Source: a virus
Virus record (IMG/VR): IMGVR_UViG_3300030041_000010
Direction: 5' to 3' (one strand)
Length of the DNA stretch: 64,000 nt
Shown: piece by piece, positions 58,960-64,000 of the stretch
Position numbering within the stretch: position 1 is the first letter of the stretch
Layout of the letters: every line of letters starts with the position of its first letter
Translations under genes and position numbers: made by a program
Notes under the pieces: model-generated
What the model was told of the DNA's origin: nothing
Seen by the model: only the letters and a program-made list of their open reading frames with translations
The model's database searches: none

Positions 58960-59037
58960 GCGCCCGTAGCTCAGTTGGCTAGAGCGGGGGTCTCTAAAGC
59001 CCTGTCAGCGTGGGTTCAAGTCCCACCGGGCGCACCA
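58960..59037 (+). tRNA. Amber suppressor tRNA (anticodon CTA), copy 2
   Basis: GCGCCCG TA GCTC..GAGC G GGGGT CTCTAAA GCCCT GTCAGC GTGGG TTCAAGT CCCAC CGGGCGC A CCA. Confidence 0.85.
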
Positions 59038-59090
59038 TTAAGCGTCGTATTGTGATACACTGTTCATGGCTTCTCTAAGAAGGTAAGGTT

Positions 59091-59273
59091 ATGAATGAGA
59101 AAGTAATTCAAATGCTTTCCGATAGAGAACGGGCGGCAAACGAACTGGAGACGCTTTACTGTCCTGTTTGTTTTAAGCCCATGTCACTACATCCGCCACA
59201 ACAGGCTTTCCGCTGCTTGCATAGCTTGGCGGCGAAAGAGAAACGTAAATTTGAGGAGTCTTTAATCAAATGA
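59091..59273 (+). CDS. Small zinc-finger-like protein
   Basis: CPVC..H..C. Confidence 0.55.
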   Translation: MNEKVIQMLSDRERAANELETLYCPVCFKPMSLHPPQQAFRCLHSLAAKEKRKFEESLIK

Positions 59274-59374
59274 ATCGCAGAGGGTTTCTTGCACTGACCG
59301 GCATGGCCGCACTAAGTACGGCTGTAGTCCTTCAGCCTGTTTCAGTCGCACCCAGCTTGCTATCAGTGCTGTAA
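59270..59374 (+). CDS. 34-aa peptide resembling a stand-alone Tat signal (MNRRGFLALTG..)
   Basis: GAGGAG RBS; ATGA coupling; RRGFL motif followed by a hydrophobic stretch. Confidence 0.45.
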   Translation: MNRRGFLALTGMAALSTAVVLQPVSVAPSLLSVL

Positions 59375-59490
59375 CCCAAAGACTGGCAAAACACCTATGC
59401 ATTTGAAGAACCGGGCTGAGTGGGAAGAGCACTACCTTGCTCATCATCTCGCCGAGGACGAACCGGAACTTTATATGCTGTGGAAAAATA

Positions 59491-59532
59491 ATTGAAAGTT
59501 TGTGTTTGAAAATCAACTTTCAATGGTATTAT
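59491..59532 (+). promoter_or_regulatory. Putative promoter (TTGAAA..TGGTATTAT) with 10-bp inverted repeat
   Basis: ATTGAAAGTT (59491-59500) / AACTTTCAAT (59515-59524); -10 TATTAT at 59527-59532; -35 spacing is non-optimal (15 nt). Confidence 0.5.
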
Positions 59533-59563
59533 GTAGACAGTGGTGGTTAAACACCGCTGAGAC

Positions 59564-59669
59564 CGGGGAGGTAGAGTAAAATCTACGTTCCCGACCATGC
59601 CGGGTTAGTGGGCAACTATTATCCCGGCTCCATCGGGGGGTTTGGTGAAATATCTGGGCTCCCCGACCA
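59564..59669 (+). ncRNA. Three tandem tRNA-minihelix-like hairpins, each ending NCCA
   Basis: 59564-59597 CGGGGAG..GTTCCCG ACCA; 59599-59632 GCCGGG..CCCGGC TCCA; 59634-59669 CGGGGGG..CTCCCCG ACCA. Confidence 0.6.
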
Positions 59670-59789
59670 AAAAGGCTAATCCCTAAGACTCGAAGTACCA
59701 GAAGTGGGAAACAGGGTTTATAAAGAGCAGGTTTACCTCCGGCCTAAGCATTAAGTTTCTTGAACATGTAACAAAGAAGGAAATCGTAC

Positions 59790-59876
59790 ATGCGTCTGAC
59801 GAGCCAAACACGAATTACTACCACAACGCAAACCAGCGGTGGCGGTATCGTAGTGTCTGGCACGGAATTCGACTAA
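59790..59876 (+). CDS. thrL-like leader peptide MRLTSQTRITTTTQTSGGGIVVSGTEFD
   Basis: AAGGA RBS 8 nt upstream; 8 Thr in 28 codons; run ATT ACT ACC ACA ACG CAA ACC. Confidence 0.85.
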   Translation: MRLTSQTRITTTTQTSGGGIVVSGTEFD

Positions 59877-59941
59877 AACAAGAGTCAAATCCAACTAGAC
59901 GCAAACGAGCCGCCCAACACCGGGGCGGCTTTAGTGTTTTT
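59803..59941 (+). promoter_or_regulatory. Ribosome-mediated transcription attenuator (1:2, 2:3 antiterminator, 3:4 terminator)
   Basis: 1:2 GCCAAACAC/GTGTCTGGC and TACTACCAC/GTGGCGGTA; 2:3 GGCGGT-TCGT-GTGTCTGG with CTAGACGC-ACGA-GCCGCC; 3:4 AGCCGCCC/GGGCGGCT followed by TTAGTGTTTTT. Confidence 0.8.
59907..59941 (+). terminator. Intrinsic terminator of the attenuator
   Basis: 8-bp GC-rich stem, 7-nt loop, interrupted U-tract. Confidence 0.7.
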
Positions 59942-59952
59942 GGGGGTAAATC

Positions 59953-60342
59953 ATGGCGAGTTTTGAAGAACATTGTCAGGACTGTTATAGGCTTTTATCT
60001 GACCGTTGCGAAAACGTGAACCGTTGGATGGACGATTGTTTCAAGCAGTTCGGTCCCTTGCACCGATTTGCCCGACATCACTGGCGTGGGGTTGATGAAG
60101 CGGAGCAGTTGTTTGGGGCTCTCGGTCGTAAGGCGGCGATAGTTCATATCCTGAAGGACTGTGGACAGGTGCCAAAGGCGAGGGAATGGGCAGACGGCCA
60201 GAGTGTTGACAGCCTCGGCATGAAGCCCGGTGGGAAGTTTAACGGTCACTGGGAGCCGGAGCAGTTCGATAAGGTCGCCTGTGGTCACGTGGGTTTGGAT
60301 AACCTGATGCTCAAGGCTCGTTATCAGGCGAGGGCATCGTGA
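59953..60342 (+). CDS. His-rich conserved hypothetical protein (DUF6915-like)
   Basis: H..C..WMD..HRFARHHWRGV..FG..HILKD pattern; first gene after the attenuator. Confidence 0.6.
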   Translation: MASFEEHCQDCYRLLSDRCENVNRWMDDCFKQFGPLHRFARHHWRGVDEAEQLFGALGRKAAIVHILKDCGQVPKAREWADGQSVDSLGMKPGGKFNGHWEPEQFDKVACGHVGLDNLMLKARYQARAS

Positions 60343-60599
60343 GTATCGAAGACATTATCAGTCAACTCCGGGCTGAAAGAAAAGATGTACGCGGAGATGG
60401 ATTTGGATACGCGGGGTCGTTAATCTCCGCGTACAAGAAAGCAATCACGGCTCTCGAAGAGTTGCAGGAGAAGTTGAAAGAGACTCCTCCACCAGCAGAG
60501 GTTGAGAGTTTGAAAGCGGCTAACCCTGATTGCTTTGGATTCGGCAGTGACAACACCGCCGAGTGTAAATGCCGCAAAGTTTTTGCGCCTTTCGCCTAG
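60339..60599 (+). CDS. Hypothetical protein
   Basis: GTGA coupling; 3' end overlaps a tRNA gene. Confidence 0.5.
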   Translation: MSIEDIISQLRAERKDVRGDGFGYAGSLISAYKKAITALEELQEKLKETPPPAEVESLKAANPDCFGFGSDNTAECKCRKVFAPFA

Positions 60600-60659
60600 C
60601 GGCTAGGGCCTCCGACCGATTATCGGATGACCAGAGTTCGAGTCTCTGAGGGCGCACCA
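60585..60659 (+). tRNA. Atypical tRNA-Ile(GAT) (loop CCGATTA: C33, U37)
   Basis: GCGCCTT..TCCGA CCGATTA TCGGA TGAC CAGAG TTCGAGT CTCTG AGGGCGC A CCA. Confidence 0.65.
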
Positions 60660-60664
60660 AGTTT

Positions 60665-60819
60665 GGGCTTGCTGTGGTCAGGCACGTAGGGAGAAAACCG
60701 GCACTCAGAGTCGGCAAGGTACGCGACCTTGCTTTATGTCTGAGATGGGAAACCGAAAGGTATTGCCCTTCAGGAAGACCTCATGCGTAGAGGCGGTTCA
60801 ACTCCGCCCAAGTCCATCA
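60665..60819 (+). ncRNA. ~155-nt tmRNA-TLD-like RNA with G3:U70 acceptor stem and no anticodon arm
   Basis: GGGCTTG/CAAGTCC A TCA; T arm GGCGG TTCAACT CCGCC; unpaired D-like loop CTGTGGTCAGGC; helix ACGTA/TGCGT; internal hairpins. Confidence 0.65.
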
Positions 60820-60828
60820 AGTGGGTAA

Positions 60829-60903
60829 GCCCGTATGGCTCAGTGGTAGCGCAGTCGCTTGATAAGCGAAAGGTCGTTGGTTCGATCCCAACTACGGGCA
60901 CCA
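60829..60903 (+). tRNA. tRNA-Ile(GAT)
   Basis: GCCCGTA..GTCGC TTGATAA GCGAA..GTTGG TTCGATC CCAAC TACGGGC A CCA. Confidence 0.9.
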
Positions 60904-61029
60904 AGTAAAATATGCGGCATGTCGTGAGTTTGTAGCTGGTAAGAATGCCGACATGTCGTGGGCTCAGAAGAAAGAGCCGAAGAAAAAGAAACACGCTTTG
61001 CCAAGTGGCGAGGCAACACAGGGTTGATT

Positions 61030-61129
61030 TTCCGTATGACTGAGGGTGGCGTAAACCACACTGTTGTCAGAACTCAAAATGGTTTTTACGGATCATGCGA
61101 GTTCGTAGGTTCGACTCCGACTACGGAAC
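61030..61129 (+). ncRNA. Atypical ~100-nt tRNA-like RNA
   Basis: TTCCGTA/TACGGAA acceptor; GTAGG TTCGACT CCGAC T arm; two extended arms (TGAC..GTCA; GAACTC..GAGTTC); no encoded CCA. Confidence 0.5.
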
Positions 61130-61140
61130 GAATTTGAAAT

Positions 61141-61223
61141 GCCACGGTGGCACAGCGGCGACTGCAACGGTTCCGTAAACCGTCACACCAACATCGGGGG
61201 TTCGAGTCCCTCCCGTGGCCCCA
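61141..61223 (+). tRNA. tRNA-Thr(CGT), C33 and 12-nt variable region
   Basis: GCCACGG..ACGGT TCCGTAA ACCGT..GGGGG TTCGAGT CCCTC CCGTGGC C CCA. Confidence 0.8.
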
Positions 61224-61227
61224 AGTT

Positions 61228-61530
61228 ATGAAGATGTACATCCTAATTCGCGAGGTGGTACCTGTGGGCAAGGCGGTACTAATCTCTGCACATGCCTCGC
61301 TGGCGTGCTACCTGAAGTTTAAGGAACGGCCTGAGATGCAGACATGGGTGAGTAGTCAATTCTTTAAGGTTGTATGTACTGTAACTGACGCAGAATTTGA
61401 ACGGGCAAAGACCGAGGCTGACAACGTGGTATTGACGGAATCCACGTTGGAAAATGTAGAGGTTGCTGTAGCTTTCTGTCCTCGGGAAGAATATCCGAAG
61501 ATGTTTAAGTTTTTGCGGTTGTGGAAATAG
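61228..61530 (+). CDS. Peptidyl-tRNA hydrolase, Pth2 family
   Basis: MKMYILIRE..GKAV..AHASL..W..F.KVVC.V..VAVAFCPR..F..LRLW. Confidence 0.8.
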   Translation: MKMYILIREVVPVGKAVLISAHASLACYLKFKERPEMQTWVSSQFFKVVCTVTDAEFERAKTEADNVVLTESTLENVEVAVAFCPREEYPKMFKFLRLWK

Positions 61531-61601
61531 GGGTGATGGCGACGGTAGTCTAGCTGCCTTTGAAGCAGTGAATGAGGGTTCGACTCCCTCCGCCCCTGCC
61601 A
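61529..61601 (+). tRNA. tRNA-Gln(TTG)
   Basis: AGGGGTG..GCTGC CTTTGAA GCAGT..GAGGG TTCGACT CCCTC CGCCCCT G CCA. Confidence 0.8.
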
Positions 61602-61614
61602 AGTTTAGGTTTAT

Positions 61615-61691
61615 GCCAACGTAGCTCAGATGGTCAGAGCGGCAGTTTTGTAAACTGCGGGTCGGGGGTTCGATGCCCTCCGTTGGCTCCA
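61615..61691 (+). tRNA. tRNA-Thr(TGT)
   Basis: GCCAACG..GCAGT TTTGTAA ACTGC..CGTTGGC T CCA. Confidence 0.9.
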
Positions 61692-61704
61692 GTTTAGTTG
61701 TTTT

Positions 61705-61780
61705 GCAGATGTAGCATAGCGGTCAATGCGCCTCCCTTGTAACGAGGACGCCGTCAGTTCGAATCTGACCATCTGCTCCA
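61705..61780 (+). tRNA. tRNA-Thr(TGT), second divergent copy
   Basis: GCAGATG..CCTCC CTTGTAA CGAGG..GTCAG TTCGAAT CTGAC CATCTGC T CCA. Confidence 0.85.
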
Positions 61781-61794
61781 GTTTGAGGTACGAT

Positions 61795-61932
61795 ATGAGA
61801 GTTATCAGCATCGCGTTGTACCGATTTGCTCAGGCGCTGTCTTACGTTCTACCTGAGTCGATATGGGAACCAGTGACCTATCCAATCGACCGATTGCGTT
61901 GGTGGTTCGAAAAACATGCACCTGTCGTCTAG
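61795..61932 (+). CDS. Small hypothetical protein
   Basis: GAGGT RBS; 3' end overlaps a tRNA. Confidence 0.4.
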   Translation: MRVISIALYRFAQALSYVLPESIWEPVTYPIDRLRWWFEKHAPVV

Positions 61933-61993
61933 TGGCTCAGGACTCCTCCTTGGTATGGAGGGTACAGGGGTTCAAATCCCCTCGGGTGCTCCA
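61918..61993 (+). tRNA. tRNA-Thr(GGT) with Glu/Asp-like D arm
   Basis: GCACCTG TC GTCTAGTGGCTCAGGAC T CCTCC TTGGTAT GGAGG..AGGGG TTCAAAT CCCCT CGGGTGC T CCA. Confidence 0.85.
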
Positions 61994-62014
61994 ATTTTAT
62001 GGTATTGTTCTTCT

Positions 62015-62233
62015 ATGAGTACATTGACGTGGGAAGAACGAAACCAGCGGATTAAAAAGGAACAGCTTACTGAAGAAGAGTTGGGGACTTTAGTAGGCTG
62101 TGCTGTAACCGGAGTGCGGAGATTCTGGGGTCATGGAGCAGAGTATGAAATCCGCTTCGATGATGGTCGAACGCTCTACATTACCAAGAGCGACTACACC
62201 AACGATGTAGTTTGCATGTTCAAAGAGTTTTAA
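62015..62233 (+). CDS. Hypothetical protein
   Basis: 72-aa ORF; possibly leaderless behind a TATTGT -10. Confidence 0.55.
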   Translation: MSTLTWEERNQRIKKEQLTEEELGTLVGCAVTGVRRFWGHGAEYEIRFDDGRTLYITKSDYTNDVVCMFKEF

Positions 62234-62296
62234 GCTACGAGTCGTGGCTCCAGTTTCCGTATTAGTGAGTATTAGTGAGTACGAGGTACTGACTAA

Positions 62297-62488
62297 ATGG
62301 GTAAGAAAGTTGAAAAGGGGTTGTGTTGGGAGTTGGATGATTCGGAGTGTGATATCAACGCCCCCTCACCGCATTTCACGGATGACAGTAGCGAACGTGA
62401 GAACGACTATCTGTACGGGACGTTTCCCGTGCTGATTCCTAAGAGGCCACCTTCAAGGTTGCAACCTCCGAAGGAACCAAAAGAGTAA
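62297..62488 (+). CDS. Hypothetical protein
   Basis: GAGG RBS; 63 aa. Confidence 0.45.
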   Translation: MGKKVEKGLCWELDDSECDINAPSPHFTDDSSERENDYLYGTFPVLIPKRPPSRLQPPKEPKE

Positions 62489-62877
62489 ATCGCGCAATAT
62501 AAGTGGCGCGATTCAGGTTTTAATTGCGTGATTCGGAATCGCGCCATAACGCCGCTTGTGGCAAGCAAGCCACTTGGGTTCGTCACACGCAGTTTGCCGG
62601 TACTCATCCTTTCTGCACTGAGTGTGCAAAGAAGGAAGATGATTTTGGTGAAGAGTCCAGCTATGTGGTTTGGGAGGAGCTTTTACATGAAGTTGCTCAG
62701 TAGTTGGTTCTTCTTCGTGCCTCCATTCACGATCCTGCCTCGGTGGAAGTTGGCAGTTATGCGTCAGTGGCTGTGGAGGTATCAGAGGTATACACAGCCG
62801 GGAGTTCGTGGATGTCCTATGAATGGGGATGCTTTCGGTTGTATCGGATTTTGGATGAGGAAGCTTGTCAATTTTAG

Positions 62878-62953
62878 GCCGGAGTAGCTCAGTTGTTAGA
62901 GCGCCGTCTTGGTAAGACGGAGGTCACGGGTTAGAACCCCGTCTCTGGCTCCA
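62878..62953 (+). tRNA. tRNA-Thr(GGT), second copy, non-canonical D and T loops
   Basis: GCCGGAG..CCGTC TTGGTAA GACGG..ACGGG TTAGAAC CCCGT CTCTGGC T CCA. Confidence 0.8.
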
Positions 62954-63180
62954 AATCTTGAAAGGGGATTCCATTGAAGCCTCCTCTTGGTTCAATTCTG
63001 AACTAAAGCCATCAATATCACGGCTTACTGTATCCAAATCAGACCCGCTAATTAAAGCAGTATACCAACGGATATGTCTGTACATTAGTTCGGGGTTTAA
63101 GAGTGTCCGATGGACGCGCAGTTGTTGAAAAATAACTGGGCTTTGGTGAAAGCACGATTTGTAGCTGAAGGGTTTTGTTA

Positions 63181-63777
63181 ATGGAACAGTATCCGAGTAT
63201 CGAAGGCAGTTCAAAGGCCCCCCTTGGTGAGGCGGGTCTTGCCTTCTACAAGTATGACGGCTCGAACCTCAGGTGGGAGTGGAACCCCAAGAAGGGGTGG
63301 TTCAAGTTTGGCACCCGCACCCAACTGTTCGATAAGTCGGAGCCGTTATTTGGTCAGGCCATTCCCCTTTTTATGCAGATGGGCGATGAGATTGTCCATC
63401 GTGTGAAAAGTGTTGAACGACAACCGCAACGCATTACAGCTTACACGGAATTCTTCGGCGAGAGCAGTTTCGCCGGGAGCCATATTCTGGAAGAGCCGAA
63501 GCAACTCAAGTTGTTCGATGTGTACTTGTTCAAGAAGGGGTTAATGAAGCCCCGACAGTTTGTGAAGACCTTTGGTGGTTTGCCTTATGTAGCGGAAGTG
63601 GTTTACGATGGCAACATCAACCAATCATTTGTTCAGGGGGTCCGGGCTGGAGAGTATCCAGTTTGGGAGGGGGTCGTCTGCAAGGGCGACAACTTCATGT
63701 TCAAGGTGAAGACCGATGCCTACTTGAGGAAGCTGCGGCAGGTATACCCGCAGCGATGGAATCAGTTTTGGGAGTGA
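63181..63777 (+). CDS. RNA ligase (Rnl2-like adenylation domain)
   Basis: Nucleotidyltransferase motifs KYDGSN, EFFG, LFDV, EGVV, FKVK. Confidence 0.8.
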   Translation: MEQYPSIEGSSKAPLGEAGLAFYKYDGSNLRWEWNPKKGWFKFGTRTQLFDKSEPLFGQAIPLFMQMGDEIVHRVKSVERQPQRITAYTEFFGESSFAGSHILEEPKQLKLFDVYLFKKGLMKPRQFVKTFGGLPYVAEVVYDGNINQSFVQGVRAGEYPVWEGVVCKGDNFMFKVKTDAYLRKLRQVYPQRWNQFWE

Positions 63778-63779
63778 GC

Positions 63780-64000
63780 ATGGTAAGAAACTGGTGCAAT
63801 TCAAGGTTCAAGGACAAGACGACAGAGTACCTCATGGACCTGTATGGTCAACCTTCGCGTGGCGAACTTTCAGGGTTTTCTTTCGTCATGCTTCGTGTGG
63901 ACATCGGGGATGAAGTCTACGCCCGGTTCAATGAGCACATGAATCAAATCGGGATGCATGACTTCATGGTGGACGTGGAAGAGCGTTGGCAGAGACTACG
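63780..64000 (+). CDS. Hypothetical protein (3'-truncated by window edge)
   Basis: GGGAG RBS; open to the end of the window. Confidence 0.5.
   Translation, partial: MVRNWCNSRFKDKTTEYLMDLYGQPSRGELSGFSFVMLRVDIGDEVYARFNEHMNQIGMHDFMVDVEERWQRL

Noticed and set aside
58246-59037. Reading these tRNAs as Arg(TCT) or tRNA-Pyl
   Set aside because: Stem register places CTA at the centre of a 7-nt loop. The cloverleaves are canonical, unlike tRNA-Pyl, and no pyl genes are visible
59790-59830. Hammerhead ribozyme suggested by CTGACGAG
   Set aside because: No stem II plus GAAA core follows; the segment is explained by the leader ORF and attenuator
59537-59941. Group I intron, RNase P RNA or T-box
   Set aside because: Conserved P/Q/R/S, GAGGAAAGUCC or T-box consensus motifs were not found by eye
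1-64000. Genome-wide TAG reassignment (code 15)
   Set aside because: Very long ORFs have no in-frame TAG under code 11, genes are not fragmented, and many end cleanly at TAG
1-64000. CRISPR array, integrase or transposase
   Set aside because: No regularly spaced repeats, and no cas, integrase or transposase motifs seen

Overview
This is a 64-kb fragment of a large (jumbo-type) tailed phage genome. About 1-47.8 kb is a contractile-tail/baseplate module: hub, spike-like, wedge/J-like, Ig-repeat and fibre proteins. It is interrupted by a minus-strand block (endolysin, holin-like gene, fibre-like proteins with signal peptides, two tRNA genes) and by free-standing homing endonuclease genes. About 41.4-52.6 kb holds polyvalent proteins (ADP-ribosyltransferase-like, Nudix, ParB-like) that share short linker motifs. 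About 52.8-64 kb is a translation-rescue island. It contains a circularly permuted (two-piece) tmRNA with tag AETPAYAMAA, two CUA amber-suppressor tRNAs, two Pth2-like genes (one starting ATG-ACC-TAG), three tandem NCCA-ending tRNA minihelices, two atypical tRNA-like RNAs, five tRNA-Thr plus Ile and Gln tRNAs, and an Rnl2-like RNA ligase. The most striking element is a thrL-like leader-peptide attenuator (59790-59941). Its control codons (ATT ACT ACC ACA ACG CAA ACC) match the anticodons of the downstream tRNAs, which suggests a phage tRNA operon switched on when charged host tRNA-Thr/Ile/Gln runs low. All calls come from reading the sequence by eye; no searches or folding programs were run.
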